Assembly: GCA_902594515.1 (NCBI GenBank)
Contig: CACJML010000001.1
Location: 146,977 to 210,976, forward strand
Direction: 5' to 3'
Length of the DNA stretch: 64,000 bases
Origin: an uncultured SAR86 cluster bacterium
GTDB lineage: Bacteria > Pseudomonadota > Gammaproteobacteria > Magnimaribacterales > D2472
The position numbers and the translations under genes were made by a program. Below the pieces are notes generated by a model. That model had not been told where the DNA came from. It did not search any database and was given only the letters and a program-made list of their open reading frames with translations. Position 1 is the first letter of the stretch. Each line of letters starts with the position of its first letter. This document shows positions 31,567 to 41,907 of this stretch, piece by piece.

Positions 31567-31839
31567 ATGCCACGATCGCTAAAAAAAGGACCCTTTATTG
31601 ATATCTCGCTTCAAAAGAAAGTGGATCAAGCAATTGCTGAAAACAGCAAGAAACCAATTAAAACTTGGTCAAGACGGTCAATGATTTCTCCGTCAATGGT
31701 TGGGTTAACAATTTCTGTTCATAACGGAAGACAGCACGTGCCAGTCTTCATAAATGAAGATATGGTTGGCCATAAACTGGGAGAGTTTGCAATAACACGA
31801 ACATTTAAACTTCATTCAGGTGATAGGAAAGCTCAATAA
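31567..31839 (+). CDS. rpsS: 30S ribosomal protein S19
   Basis: [22 protein letters not shown]. Confidence 0.98.
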   Translation: MPRSLKKGPFIDISLQKKVDQAIAENSKKPIKTWSRRSMISPSMVGLTISVHNGRQHVPVFINEDMVGHKLGEFAITRTFKLHSGDRKAQ

Positions 31840-32177
31840 TGGATACAAGAGCATATTTAAAAGGATCAAGACTTTCACCTCAGAAAGCAGGATTAGTCGC
31901 TAATGAGATTAGGGGTAAATCTGTCCAAGATGCAATGGACTTTTTAACATTCAGCAAGCAAAAGGCTGCATCTGTTATTAAAAAGTTGCTTGAGTCAGCA
32001 ATTGCAAATGCCGAAAACAATAACAAGCTTGATATTGATACATTGGAAGTCAAATCCATTATGGTCAATCAAGGAATGAGGCTTAAAAGAATGAGGCCCA
32101 GAGCAAGAGGGAGGGCTGATAGGATCATAAAGCCAACCTGTCACATTGAAATTATCTTATCGGATCAGGAGAAATAA
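31839..32177 (+). CDS. rplV: 50S ribosomal protein L22
   Basis: [26 protein letters not shown]. Confidence 0.98.
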   Translation: MDTRAYLKGSRLSPQKAGLVANEIRGKSVQDAMDFLTFSKQKAASVIKKLLESAIANAENNNKLDIDTLEVKSIMVNQGMRLKRMRPRARGRADRIIKPTCHIEIILSDQEK

Positions 32178-32827
32178 TGGGTCAAAAAGTTCATCCAACA
32201 GGTTTTCGTCTTGGTGTTGTAAAAAAACATAATGCCAATTGGTACGCCAAAGGAAAGACCTTTAAAGAAAATCTAATTGAAGACTTGAAAGTAAGAGATT
32301 TTTTAAAGAATAAGCTTAGGTTTTCGTCAGTAAGTAAAGTTGAGATTGACAGATCAGCTCAAAATTTTACTGTTTCAATTCATACATCTAGGCCCGGAAT
32401 CATTATTGGGAAAAAGGGAGAAGAGATTGAAAACATCAAAAGATCTATAGAAAAAATTGTAAATCGCCCTGCGCAAGTTCAAATAAAAGAAGTAAGAAAA
32501 CCTGATCTTGACGCAACCATTCTTGCTGAAGGTATTGCACAACAGCTCGAAAGAAGGGTGCAGTTCAGAAGAGCTATGAAGAGGGCAGTCCAGAGTGCGC
32601 TTAGACAAGGAGCTAAAGGGGTGAGAACTGAGGTCTCTGGTCGACTAGGAGGAGCTGAGATAGCAAGAACGGAATGGTATCGAGAAGGCAGGGTGCCTTT
32701 GCATACTCTTAGAGCCGATGTGGACTATGGAACTGCAGAAGCTGCGACTACATATGGAATTATTGGTGTCAAAGTTTGGGTTTATCGTGGAGAAATCATG
32801 GAAGACCCATTTAAAGCGGAATTATAG
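32177..32827 (+). CDS. rpsC: 30S ribosomal protein S3
   Basis: [37 protein letters not shown]. Confidence 0.98.
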   Translation: MGQKVHPTGFRLGVVKKHNANWYAKGKTFKENLIEDLKVRDFLKNKLRFSSVSKVEIDRSAQNFTVSIHTSRPGIIIGKKGEEIENIKRSIEKIVNRPAQVQIKEVRKPDLDATILAEGIAQQLERRVQFRRAMKRAVQSALRQGAKGVRTEVSGRLGGAEIARTEWYREGRVPLHTLRADVDYGTAEAATTYGIIGVKVWVYRGEIMEDPFKAEL

Positions 32828-32837
32828 GTATTAGAAA

Positions 32838-33242
32838 ATGTTACAACCAAAGCAAACAAAATTCAGAAAAATGCATAAAGGTCGTAATAGAGGCCTTGCT
32901 CAAAGTGGCAACACCGTTGCTTTCGGTAAATATGGCTTAAAGGCTTCTACTCGTGGCAGGATTACTGCCAGACAAATTGAAGCCGCAAGGCGAGCCATGA
33001 CACGTTATATCAAACGTGGAGGAAATATTTGGATCAGGATTTTCCCTGACAAACCGATAACTAAAAAGCCTCTTGAAACTCGAATGGGTAAAGGAAAGGG
33101 TAACGTTGAGTACTGGGTTGCTCTAGTTCAGCCTGGAAAGATGTTATATGAAATGTCAGGGGTTGAAGAAGAAACAGCTAGAGAAGCATTTAGATTGGCT
33201 GCTGCAAAGCTCCCAGTAAAAACTACTTTTGTACAGAAATAA
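32838..33242 (+). CDS. rplP: 50S ribosomal protein L16
   Basis: [18 protein letters not shown]. Confidence 0.98.
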   Translation: MLQPKQTKFRKMHKGRNRGLAQSGNTVAFGKYGLKASTRGRITARQIEAARRAMTRYIKRGGNIWIRIFPDKPITKKPLETRMGKGKGNVEYWVALVQPGKMLYEMSGVEEETAREAFRLAAAKLPVKTTFVQK

Positions 33243-33245
33243 ATT

Positions 33246-33467
33246 ATGGCTAAAGCTAAAGAAAAATACATTGAAACCTTAAGATCACAAAAAGTTGATC
33301 AGCTTGAAAAAATGCTTCTTGATGAGAGAGAAGCTCAGTTTTCTAACAGGATTAAGCACAAGACAGGCCAGTTGAATGAGAGTCATTTGTTGAGAGAGTC
33401 AAAAACAAAAATTGCTCAAATCAAAACTGTTATTAATGAAAAAAATAATGAGGAAACAAAATCATGA
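33246..33467 (+). CDS. rpmC: 50S ribosomal protein L29
   Basis: [10 protein letters not shown]...[11 protein letters not shown]; position after rplP. Confidence 0.92.
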   Translation: MAKAKEKYIETLRSQKVDQLEKMLLDEREAQFSNRIKHKTGQLNESHLLRESKTKIAQIKTVINEKNNEETKS

Positions 33468-33766
33468 GCTCGAATGCAAGACTCTTATCTGGTGTTGTTG
33501 TTAGTGATAAAGCAGATAAAACAATTACAGTTAAGGTAGAGAGAAAGGTTAAACATCCTAAGTACGGAAAGATTATTAAACGATCTACTAAGATTCATGC
33601 TCATGATGAAAGCAATTCAGCAAAGATGGGCGATGTTGTCACCGTCCAAGAATGTAAGCCTTATTCAAAAAATAAAACCTGGTTACTAATTGATTCGGTG
33701 ATTGCCGGTAATGATAAAGCTGTTGAAGTTGAAGAAACTCAATCAAATGAGGAGTCTTCATCATGA
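33464..33766 (+). CDS. rpsQ: 30S ribosomal protein S17
   Basis: [23 protein letters not shown]; acidic C-terminal tail. Confidence 0.97.
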   Translation: MSSNARLLSGVVVSDKADKTITVKVERKVKHPKYGKIIKRSTKIHAHDESNSAKMGDVVTVQECKPYSKNKTWLLIDSVIAGNDKAVEVEETQSNEESSS

Positions 33767-34131
33767 TTCAGATGCAATCAATCCTTAACATTGCTGACAA
33801 CAGCGGAGCCAGAAGCGTTATGTGCATCAAGGTACTTGGAGGCTCAAAGCGAAGATATGCAAGAATTGGGGATATAGTTAAAGTTGCTGTTAAGGAAGCA
33901 ATTCCTCAAGGTAAAGTTAAAAAAGGCCAAGTCGTAAATGCCCTGATTGTTCGAACAAAAAAAGGCGTCAGACGAAGAGATGGTTCATTGATCAAATTTG
34001 ATGAAAATGCTGCTGTTTTACTTAATCAGCAACAAGCACCTATAGGCACTAGGGTCTTTGGTCCTGTGACGAGAGAGCTCCGTTCAGGGAATTTTATGAA
34101 AATATTATCTTTAGCACCTGAGGTTTTATAG
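33763..34131 (+). CDS. rplN: 50S ribosomal protein L14
   Basis: [31 protein letters not shown]. Confidence 0.99.
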   Translation: MIQMQSILNIADNSGARSVMCIKVLGGSKRRYARIGDIVKVAVKEAIPQGKVKKGQVVNALIVRTKKGVRRRDGSLIKFDENAAVLLNQQQAPIGTRVFGPVTRELRSGNFMKILSLAPEVL

Positions 34132-34133
34132 AC

Positions 34134-34460
34134 ATGTCTTCACTACATACAAAAACTAAGTTTATAAGCGGTGATGAGGTAGTAGTAATTGCTGGAAAAG
34201 ATTTGGGTAAAAGAGGCACTCTACAAAAAATCCTTAAAGGTAATAAAGCTATTGTAACCGGCTTAAACTTAGTAAAAAAACATACCAAACCTAACCCTCA
34301 AATGGGTATTACCGGAGGTATTGTCGAACAAGAAGCAGCGATTGCTATTTCAAATTTAGCTATTTGGAATCCAAAAAAGAAAAAAGCTGATCGTATTGGA
34401 TATGAAATTAAAGACGATGTTAAAACAAGAATTTTTAAATCAGACAACTCGAAAATATAA
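34134..34460 (+). CDS. rplX: 50S ribosomal protein L24
   Basis: KOW motif [24 protein letters not shown]. Confidence 0.97.
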   Translation: MSSLHTKTKFISGDEVVVIAGKDLGKRGTLQKILKGNKAIVTGLNLVKKHTKPNPQMGITGGIVEQEAAIAISNLAIWNPKKKKADRIGYEIKDDVKTRIFKSDNSKI

Positions 34461-34462
34461 AC

Positions 34463-34999
34463 ATGAACTTAAAAGAAACCTTTAACAAAGAGATAGTACC
34501 TCAACTTAAAGAAACTCTTGGATTAGATAATGTTATGGCTGTTCCAAGGGTAACAAAAATTGTTGTAAATATGGGCGTTGGTGAGGCTGCAATTGATAAG
34601 AAGCATCTTGAGTCTGCCCAGAATGATTTGCAGGCAATAACTGGACAGAAGCCAGTTGTTACCAAGGCAAGAAAATCTGTTGCTAGCTTTAAAATTAGAG
34701 ACGGCTGGCCTATAGGTTGCAAAGTAACTTTGCGCGGCAAACGTATGTATGATTTTTTAGAAAGACTTATACATATTGCTATTCCAAGAGAAAGGGATTT
34801 CAGAGGATTAAATCCAAAATCATTTGATGGGCAAGGGAACTACAGCATGGGAATCAAAGAGCAAATTATTTTTCCCGAAATTAATTATGATCACATTGAC
34901 AAAATAAGGGGCATGGATATTTGCATTAACACTTCTGCAAAAAATAAAGATGAAGCAAAAGCTCTATTGGAAGCCCTTCAATTTCCATTTAAGAAATAG
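34463..34999 (+). CDS. rplE: 50S ribosomal protein L5
   Basis: [31 protein letters not shown]. Confidence 0.98.
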   Translation: MNLKETFNKEIVPQLKETLGLDNVMAVPRVTKIVVNMGVGEAAIDKKHLESAQNDLQAITGQKPVVTKARKSVASFKIRDGWPIGCKVTLRGKRMYDFLERLIHIAIPRERDFRGLNPKSFDGQGNYSMGIKEQIIFPEINYDHIDKIRGMDICINTSAKNKDEAKALLEALQFPFKK

Positions 35000-35007
35000 G
35001 AATTTTT

Positions 35008-35313
35008 ATGACAAGAAAATCAATAATAGCAAGAGAAAATAAAAGGCTTAAGACAGTTAAGAAATATGCTGCAAAAAGAGCTGCGTTAAAGAAGGCTTTC
35101 TTAGACCAAAATAATTCTTACGAAGATAGAATGGCTGCTTTTGCAAAATTACAAAAATTACCTCGGGACGCAAGTCCATCAAGGGGAGTTAGAAGGTGCT
35201 CAATCACTGGTAGGCCACATGCGGTCTATAGGAAGTTTGGGTTAAGCAGAATAAAACTTCGGGAAGCCGCTATGCGTGGTGATGTTCCGGGTTTAGTTAA
35301 GTCAAGTTGGTAA
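35008..35313 (+). CDS. rpsN: 30S ribosomal protein S14 (long, non-zinc form)
   Basis: [26 protein letters not shown]; 101 aa. Confidence 0.97.
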   Translation: MTRKSIIARENKRLKTVKKYAAKRAALKKAFLDQNNSYEDRMAAFAKLQKLPRDASPSRGVRRCSITGRPHAVYRKFGLSRIKLREAAMRGDVPGLVKSSW

Positions 35314-35317
35314 TAAT

Positions 35318-35713
35318 ATGAGTTTTCAAGATCCAATATCCGATTGTTTAACAAGAATTAGAAACGGCTTAATGAGAGGCAAAAAATCTGTGGACGTGCC
35401 TTTTTCAAAATTCAAATCTGAATTAGTCAATGTTTTAGTTAATGAAGGTTTTTTAATTGGGAGTGAAAAAAAATCAGTGAACGGTAAAGATTTTATTGAT
35501 GTAAAGCTCAAATATATTAATGAAGAGCCTGCCATAAAAGAGCTTAAGAGAATAAGTAAGCCAAGTCTTAGACGTTACTCTGGTCCTAATGATCTGGGTG
35601 CAGTAAAAAGTGGTCTTGGGGTGTATATCCTAACTACTAATAAAGGATTGCTAACTGATAAACAAGCCAAAGCATCTAATGTGGGTGGCGAAATAATTTG
35701 TGAAGTATTTTAA
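35318..35713 (+). CDS. rpsH: 30S ribosomal protein S8
   Basis: DPISDCLTRIRN, RISKPSLR, GGEIICEV. Confidence 0.98.
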   Translation: MSFQDPISDCLTRIRNGLMRGKKSVDVPFSKFKSELVNVLVNEGFLIGSEKKSVNGKDFIDVKLKYINEEPAIKELKRISKPSLRRYSGPNDLGAVKSGLGVYILTTNKGLLTDKQAKASNVGGEIICEVF

Positions 35714-35715
35714 TT

Positions 35716-36258
35716 ATGTCTAGAGTTGCAAAAAGTCCAATTTCAATCCTTCAAGGTGCAGAAGTATCTTTGCTGGATTCTAAAATTGAAGTCTCAGGTC
35801 CTAAAGGTAAAGATGAATTTTCTTTTCCAGAAACTGTATCTATTGAACAAAGTGATTCAGAGCTCTTAGTTAAATATGATGAAGAATCGACTAGCTCCAC
35901 TGCGCTTGCGGGCACAACTCGCTCTATAGTAAACAACATGATTATTGGGGTTACTGAGGGTTTTCAAAAGAAACTAGAGCTTGTCGGCGTTGGTTACAGG
36001 GCAAAGGTAAGTGGTAAATCCATTGATCTTACTTTAGGATTTTCACATCCAGTTAAGTACGATCTTCCTGACGCAGTAAGTGCGGAGACACCATCTAACA
36101 CAGAGATTGTCCTAAGCAGTCATAACAAGCAAATCTTAGGACAAGTTGCTGCAGAAATTAGAGCATTTAGACCACCTGAGCCCTACAAGGGTAAAGGAGT
36201 TAAATATGCAGATGAAAGAATAAAACGCAAAGAAGCTAAGAAGGCTGCAGGAGCATAA
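35716..36258 (+). CDS. rplF: 50S ribosomal protein L6
   Basis: GVGYRA, LGFSHPV, RPPEPYKGKGVKY. Confidence 0.98.
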   Translation: MSRVAKSPISILQGAEVSLLDSKIEVSGPKGKDEFSFPETVSIEQSDSELLVKYDEESTSSTALAGTTRSIVNNMIIGVTEGFQKKLELVGVGYRAKVSGKSIDLTLGFSHPVKYDLPDAVSAETPSNTEIVLSSHNKQILGQVAAEIRAFRPPEPYKGKGVKYADERIKRKEAKKAAGA

Positions 36259-36260
36259 AC

Positions 36261-36605
36261 ATGTCAAAAGTAGTATCAAGACTTAGAAGAGCAGCTAAAA
36301 CAAGGATTAAAGTAGCAGGTCAAGAAAAGCCTAGGCTATCTGTTTACAAATCCAATAGTAATCTTTACGCACAAATTGTTGAGCCAAGAGGAAGTAAAGT
36401 TCTTGTAACGGCTTCAACTAATGAAAAAGATAATAAATTAGATAAATCAAATGTTGAAACAGCAAAAGTTGTAGGCAAATTAGTTGCCGAGCGTGCACTT
36501 GAAGCTGGTATCAAAAGTGTTGTTTTTGATAGGTCGGGATATTTATATCACGGCAAAATTAAAGCAATTGCAGAATCAGCCAGAGAAGCTGGCTTGGAGT
36601 TTTAA
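36261..36605 (+). CDS. rplR: 50S ribosomal protein L18
   Basis: [27 protein letters not shown]. Confidence 0.97.
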   Translation: MSKVVSRLRRAAKTRIKVAGQEKPRLSVYKSNSNLYAQIVEPRGSKVLVTASTNEKDNKLDKSNVETAKVVGKLVAERALEAGIKSVVFDRSGYLYHGKIKAIAESAREAGLEF

Positions 36606-36606
36606 T

Positions 36607-37107
36607 ATGGATCAAAACTTAGCTGTCCAACAACAAGACGTACTTGAAGAAAAGCTCGTACAAGTAAATAGAGTCGCAAAAGTTGTAAAAGGTGGAAGAA
36701 TATTTGGTTTTACTGCATTAACGGTAGTTGGCGATGGAAAAGGAAAAGTTGGCTTTGGAAGAGGTAAAGCTAAAGAAGTGCCTATAGCAATTCAAAAAGC
36801 CATGGAGAACGCAAGAAGAAATATGGTGGATGTAAGCCTAAATGGAACCACTTTATGGTATCCAATTAAAGCCAAGCATGGTTCCGCAAAAGTTTATATG
36901 CAACCTGCCTCAGAAGGTACAGGTATTATTGCGGGTGGCGCAATGAGGGCCGTTCTAGAATTAGTTGGAGTTCAAAATGTTCTTGCAAAATGTTATGGAT
37001 CAACTAATCCGGTTAATGTGGTTAGGGCAACAGTCAATGCACTTAAGTCAATGGAATCCCCTGAATCAGTAGCCTCCAGGAGAGGCAAGACCGTGGAGGA
37101 AATCTAG
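36607..37107 (+). CDS. rpsE: 30S ribosomal protein S5
   Basis: Start ATG 36607; [31 protein letters not shown]. Confidence 0.98.
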   Translation: MDQNLAVQQQDVLEEKLVQVNRVAKVVKGGRIFGFTALTVVGDGKGKVGFGRGKAKEVPIAIQKAMENARRNMVDVSLNGTTLWYPIKAKHGSAKVYMQPASEGTGIIAGGAMRAVLELVGVQNVLAKCYGSTNPVNVVRATVNALKSMESPESVASRRGKTVEEI

Positions 37108-37307
37108 TGGCTGACAAAAAAATAACTATCAAGCTTATTAAGAGTGGAATTGGGAGAATTAAATCTCATAAGCAATGCATCAAAGGTTTGGGATTTAGAA
37201 AACTCAATCAGGTAATTGAGGTAGAGGATACTCCAAGCGTAAGGGGCATGATAAATAAAATTAGAGATATGGTTGTGGAAATATCACCAGAGGCTAAAAA
37301 TGGTTAA
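37107..37307 (+). CDS. rpmD: 50S ribosomal protein L30
   Basis: IKLIKSGIGR, LGFRKLNQ, SVRGMINK. Confidence 0.95.
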   Translation: MADKKITIKLIKSGIGRIKSHKQCIKGLGFRKLNQVIEVEDTPSVRGMINKIRDMVVEISPEAKNG

Positions 37308-37725
37308 ATTAAATACTTTAAGCTCAAAAGGGACTACGCAGAACAGAAAAAGAGTTGGCAGAGGTATTGGATCTGGCCAAGGGAAAACTGCTGGTAGAGG
37401 TCACAAGGGCCAAAAATCAAGATCTGGTGGTTCAATTGCTCGTGGCTTTGAAGGTGGTCAAATGCCACTACAACAAAGAGTACCCAAGTTTGGTTTCTCT
37501 TCTCGTGTAAATAATAGCTTAAAACAATTGAATCTTAGAGATCTTAAGGATTTATCAGAAGTTTCTTTGGAGACATTAAAAGAAAATAAGTTTATTTCAA
37601 AGTCCGTGACCAAAGTAAAAGTATTTGGGAAGTATGACTTAGACAAAGCAATAAACTTTTCGGGCGTTTCATTGACTAAAGGAGCACTTGAATCTATTGA
37701 AAAAGCCGGAGGCAAGGTAAGTTAG
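37300..37725 (+). CDS. rplO: 50S ribosomal protein L15
   Basis: Start ATG 37300; [31 protein letters not shown]. Confidence 0.98.
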   Translation: MVKLNTLSSKGTTQNRKRVGRGIGSGQGKTAGRGHKGQKSRSGGSIARGFEGGQMPLQQRVPKFGFSSRVNNSLKQLNLRDLKDLSEVSLETLKENKFISKSVTKVKVFGKYDLDKAINFSGVSLTKGALESIEKAGGKVS

Positions 37726-37727
37726 AC

Positions 37728-39020
37728 GTGGCTGATTCAAATAACATGAGCGATTTATGGAAAAGGCTTAGATTCGTCCTAATTGGTATCATCGTTTATC
37801 GCATTGGTACTCACATTCCCATACCAGGCATTGATCCTCAAAGGCTTTCATCTTTATTTGATCAAAATCAGGGAACCATCTTAGAGTTATTTAATTTATT
37901 TTCGGGGGGTGCTCTTGAAAGAATGAGCATCTTTGCCTTAAACGTTGTTCCTTACATTTCGGCTGCAATTATCATGCAGCTTTTTTCAAACTCTATCCCT
38001 TATTTAATCGAGCTCAAAAAAGACGGTCAAGCTGGCAGAAATGCAATTACTCAGTACACAAGATATGGAACAGTGCTATTAGCATTTATTCAAGCTTCAG
38101 CCTTAGCAGTCACACTTAGCTCTGGTGGCCTAGCTTACAATCCTGGTACAGCTTTTTTTGTATCAGCTGTCTTTAGTGTGGTTGCTGGAACAATTTTCTT
38201 GATGTGGTTAGGCGAGCAAATATCAGAAAGAGGCATTGGTAATGGAATCTCAATTATCATTGCTACAAGTATTCTTACAGGAATACCTAGCGCAATAGGT
38301 CAAGCTCTTGAGCAAGCCCGTCAAGGTGATTTGAATATACTCATGCTTTTAAGCATAGGTGTTTTAGCAATGGTTGTTATTGCTGTTGTCGTCTTTATTG
38401 AAAGAGGCCAAAGACGAATTACTGTAAATTATGCTCAAAGACAGCAGGGCAGAAAGCTAATGCAAGCTCAAGCTAGCCATCTTCCTTTTAAAGTAAACAT
38501 GGCAGGGGTAATACCTGCAATTTTTGCCAGTACCTTTTTACTGTTTCCAGCCTCATTATCAACATGGTTTGGTCAAGGTGAAAACTTTGGATTCTTACAA
38601 TCAATTTCATTGGCTTTAAATCCCGGGCAGCCTCTATATGTTCTTACTTTCGCTGCATTGATAATTTCATTTTGTTTCATTTGGCTCGCATTAACTTTCA
38701 ATACTAGAGAGGTATCTGACAATTTAAAAAGATCAGGTGCGTATATTCCAGGTATTAGGCCAGGCGAACAAACTGCTGGATATATAGACAATGTATTAGC
38801 AAGACTAACCGTATTTGGAAGCATTTATTTAACATTAATATGTTTATTGCCTTTAGCACTTATCAACTTTGCAGGAGTGTCTTTTTATCTTGGAGGAACA
38901 TCGGTTCTAATTATTGTGGTTGTGCTAATGGATTTCATGTCACAAGTTCAATCTCATATGATGTCCTCTCAATATTCATCCTTACTTAAGAAGGCAAACC
39001 TTAAAAACTATAGAAGATAA
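37728..39020 (+). CDS. secY: Preprotein translocase subunit SecY
   Basis: [39 protein letters not shown]; ~10 hydrophobic segments. Confidence 0.99.
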   Translation: MADSNNMSDLWKRLRFVLIGIIVYRIGTHIPIPGIDPQRLSSLFDQNQGTILELFNLFSGGALERMSIFALNVVPYISAAIIMQLFSNSIPYLIELKKDGQAGRNAITQYTRYGTVLLAFIQASALAVTLSSGGLAYNPGTAFFVSAVFSVVAGTIFLMWLGEQISERGIGNGISIIIATSILTGIPSAIGQALEQARQGDLNILMLLSIGVLAMVVIAVVVFIERGQRRITVNYAQRQQGRKLMQAQASHLPFKVNMAGVIPAIFASTFLLFPASLSTWFGQGENFGFLQSISLALNPGQPLYVLTFAALIISFCFIWLALTFNTREVSDNLKRSGAYIPGIRPGEQTAGYIDNVLARLTVFGSIYLTLICLLPLALINFAGVSFYLGGTSVLIIVVVLMDFMSQVQSHMMSSQYSSLLKKANLKNYRR

Positions 39021-39022
39021 TT

Positions 39023-39139
39023 ATGAAAGTAAGAGCATCAGTTAAAAAGATTTGCAGAGATTGCAAATTAGTTAGAAGAAAAGGAGTTTTGTATGTTATT
39101 TGCAAAACAGAACCTAAGCACAAACAAAAACAAGGATAA
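39023..39139 (+). CDS. rpmJ: 50S ribosomal protein L36 (38 aa, zinc-ribbon form; not in the ORF track)
   Basis: Translated by hand: [38 protein letters not shown]. Confidence 0.97.
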   Translation: MKVRASVKKICRDCKLVRRKGVLYVICKTEPKHKQKQG

Positions 39140-39142
39140 TTT

Positions 39143-39499
39143 ATGGCAAGGATAGCAGGTGTAAATGTTCCAGAAAATAAGCATTTAGAGATAGCCTTAA
39201 CTCATATTTATGGTGTTGGAAGAAAAACAGCCCAAGATATTTGTGGTAAAGCTGGAATCGAGTATACGAAAAAAATATCAGACATTACCGAAGAGGATGT
39301 TGAAAAAATTCGAACAGAGGTCGCTAACTATACGGTTGAAGGCGATTTAAGAAGAGAAGTTAGTACCAACATTAAAAGGTTAATGGACCTTGGAACGTAT
39401 CGAGGCATTCGCCATAGAAGAAAATTGCCAACAAGAGGTCAAAGAACCAAAACTAATGCAAGGACCCGAAAAGGGCCAAAAAAACCAATGAGGGCTTAA
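39143..39499 (+). CDS. rpsM: 30S ribosomal protein S13
   Basis: [27 protein letters not shown]. Confidence 0.99.
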   Translation: MARIAGVNVPENKHLEIALTHIYGVGRKTAQDICGKAGIEYTKKISDITEEDVEKIRTEVANYTVEGDLRREVSTNIKRLMDLGTYRGIRHRRKLPTRGQRTKTNARTRKGPKKPMRA

Positions 39500-39502
39500 T
39501 TA

Positions 39503-39880
39503 ATGGCTATAAAAGGGAAAAAAGCAAAGAAAGTTATATCTGAGGGGATAGCTCATATTCACTCTTCGTTTAACAACACGATTATTACCATAACAGATAA
39601 GCAAGGTAACGCTGTTTGTTGGGCTACTTCTGGTGGATCGGGTTTCAGGGGTTCAAGAAAAAGCACCCCATTCGCAGCTCAGATTGCTGCAGAGAAGGCT
39701 GGAAATGCTGCAAAAGAGTTTGGAATGATGAGTTTAGATGTTAAAGTGCGTGGTCCTGGGTCAGGCAGAGAGTCAGCAATTAGGTCTCTTAATGCCTGTG
39801 GATTAAAAATAAGGAGTATTACTGATGTGACTCCACTGCCTCATAATGGATGCAGACCACCCAAGAAGAGAAGAGTTTAA
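39503..39880 (+). CDS. rpsK: 30S ribosomal protein S11
   Basis: [28 protein letters not shown]. Confidence 0.99.
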   Translation: MAIKGKKAKKVISEGIAHIHSSFNNTIITITDKQGNAVCWATSGGSGFRGSRKSTPFAAQIAAEKAGNAAKEFGMMSLDVKVRGPGSGRESAIRSLNACGLKIRSITDVTPLPHNGCRPPKKRRV

Positions 39881-39889
39881 GGAGTAATT

Positions 39890-40510
39890 ATGGCTAGATA
39901 TCGAGGTCCATCACTCAGACTTTCCAGGCGGGAAGGAACTGATTTAATGCTTAAAAGTGGCGTAAGAGCTATTGAATCTAAGTGCAATATGGAAACCGCA
40001 CCTGGAGTTCATGGTCTCAGAAGAGGCAGGTTATCTGACTACGGGTTACAGCTTAGAGAAAAACAGAAAGTTAGAAGAATGTATGGAGTTCTTGAAAAAC
40101 AATTTAGGAATTATTATAAAAAGGCTGCTAAAGCCAAGGGTAATACTGGTGAGAACTTATTATCTTATTTAGAACAACGCCTTGATAATGTTGTTTATCG
40201 GATGGGTTTCGCGTCTACTCGAGCCGAAGCAAGACAATTGGTCAGCCATAAAGCTTTTCATGTAAATGGTAAGACAGTCAACATACCTTCATATCAAGTA
40301 CAACCAGATGACACAATTGAGGTTAGGGAGAAATCAAGATCTCAAACTCGAATTAAGTCTGCATTAGAGTTGAGCGCCCAAAGAGAAGTGTGCGAATGGC
40401 TTGATGTAGATAACAATGCTTTTAAGGGGGTATTTAAATCTGTACCTGATAGAACAGATTTAAGTGCTGAAATTAACGAAAATCTCATCGTTGAGCTTTA
40501 CTCCAAATAA
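39890..40510 (+). CDS. rpsD: 30S ribosomal protein S4
   Basis: [26 protein letters not shown]. Confidence 0.99.
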   Translation: MARYRGPSLRLSRREGTDLMLKSGVRAIESKCNMETAPGVHGLRRGRLSDYGLQLREKQKVRRMYGVLEKQFRNYYKKAAKAKGNTGENLLSYLEQRLDNVVYRMGFASTRAEARQLVSHKAFHVNGKTVNIPSYQVQPDDTIEVREKSRSQTRIKSALELSAQREVCEWLDVDNNAFKGVFKSVPDRTDLSAEINENLIVELYSK

Positions 40511-40522
40511 GAGGAAAAAATT

Positions 40523-41488
40523 ATGCAAACATCAGTTATTGATTTATTAGTACCAACCGAAATTCAGGTTGAGGACATCAATGAAACAACTTCAAAGATA
40601 ACACTTGAGCCTCTAGAAAGAGGTTTTGGTCATACACTAGGTAATGCCTTAAGAAGAATATTGCTATCTTCTATGCCTGGCGCAGCCATCACAGATGTAA
40701 AGATTGAAGGCATCTCACATGAATACTCAACAATTGAAGGCATCAGAGAGGATGTTATTGATATTCTTTTAAATCTAAAAGATATGCCAGTTAATTTACT
40801 AGAAGGAACTTCTGCTGAAATAAAGCTTGATATGGCTGGTCCTTCTGAGGTAACAGCATCATCCTTTGAGGTGCCGGGTAATGTTGAACTGGTTAACCCA
40901 GATCATCATGTGGCATCTTTGGTAGATAAGGTTAACCTAACACTTACAGCTACTGTTAAAACTGGTAGAGGGTATGAGCCAGCTGATCTGCGAGGAGAGG
41001 AAGAGACTCAGGTTGGAGCACTTAAAGTTGATGCCTCCTTTAGTCCTGTAAAAAGAGTTGCTTATTCAGTAGAAAATGCTCGTTTTGAGAAGAGAACTGA
41101 CTTAGATAAGTTAATTGTTGAGCTTGAAACTGATGGCACTTTAAATCCTAAAGAAGCAATTGAACACTCAGCTACAATAATGCAGCAACAATTGGCAGCT
41201 TTTGTGAATCTTGATGCTATTGCAGAACAAGAAGCCAAAAAAGAGCAAAATGATTTTGATCCACTACTTATGAGATCAATCGAAGAGCTTGAATTGACCG
41301 TTAGATCAACAAACTGTTTAAAAGCTGAGAGCATTTTCTTAATTGGAGACTTAATACAAAGAAGTGAATTCGACTTACTTAAGACCCCTAACCTTGGAAA
41401 AAAATCTCTTAACGAAATTAAAGATGTTCTTGCATCAAAAGGGTTTGCACTTGGCACAACAATTGATAATTGGCCACCTATGGGGTAA
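40523..41488 (+). CDS. rpoA: RNA polymerase alpha subunit
   Basis: [23 protein letters not shown], alpha-[14 protein letters not shown]...PNLGKKSL. Confidence 0.99.
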   Translation: MQTSVIDLLVPTEIQVEDINETTSKITLEPLERGFGHTLGNALRRILLSSMPGAAITDVKIEGISHEYSTIEGIREDVIDILLNLKDMPVNLLEGTSAEIKLDMAGPSEVTASSFEVPGNVELVNPDHHVASLVDKVNLTLTATVKTGRGYEPADLRGEEETQVGALKVDASFSPVKRVAYSVENARFEKRTDLDKLIVELETDGTLNPKEAIEHSATIMQQQLAAFVNLDAIAEQEAKKEQNDFDPLLMRSIEELELTVRSTNCLKAESIFLIGDLIQRSEFDLLKTPNLGKKSLNEIKDVLASKGFALGTTIDNWPPMG

Positions 41489-41493
41489 CTCAA

Positions 41494-41907
41494 ATGAGAC
41501 ATAGAAAATCAGGTAGAAAGCTAAACAGAAACTCATCACATAGAAAGGCTCTCTTTAAGAACCTTTCCATAGCTTTTATAAAACAAGAGCTTATAAAAAC
41601 CACGCTACCGAAAGCAAAAGAGCTTCGACGACATCTTGAGCCATTAATCACTATGGCTAAAGAAGATACTGTTGCCAACCGTAGACATGTTTTTTCAAAA
41701 CTTCGTGATGATGAGGCTGTAGCAAAGCTTTTTACAGAAATATCTGTTAAATCAAAAGATAGGCCTGGTGGTTACTTGCGTATTATTAAGGCAGGCTTTA
41801 GACCTGGTGATAAGGCTGATATGGCTTATGTAGAATGGGTCGATAGAGCAGGAACTGCAGATCCAATAGATGATACTCCTGAGCTAAAAGAAGACTCTGC
41901 TGCCTAA
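41494..41907 (+). CDS. rplQ: 50S ribosomal protein L17
   Basis: Start ATG 41494 [12 protein letters not shown]; [16 protein letters not shown]. Confidence 0.98.
   Translation: MRHRKSGRKLNRNSSHRKALFKNLSIAFIKQELIKTTLPKAKELRRHLEPLITMAKEDTVANRRHVFSKLRDDEAVAKLFTEISVKSKDRPGGYLRIIKAGFRPGDKADMAYVEWVDRAGTADPIDDTPELKEDSAA

Noticed and set aside
34463-34560. S8-binding hairpin at the start of rplE
   Set aside because: An 8-bp pairing (CTCTTGGA/TCCAAGGG) exists but I could not match it to the S8-site core; unsupported.
41452-41467. TGGCAC-AACAA-TTGAT near the rpoA end
   Set aside because: The -12 GC is replaced by GA and it lies in coding sequence.
41062-41502. 146-aa antisense ORF over rpoA and the many other 60-116 aa opposite-strand or off-frame ORFs in the track
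   Set aside because: Shadows of highly conserved genes with no recognisable motifs or initiation signals.
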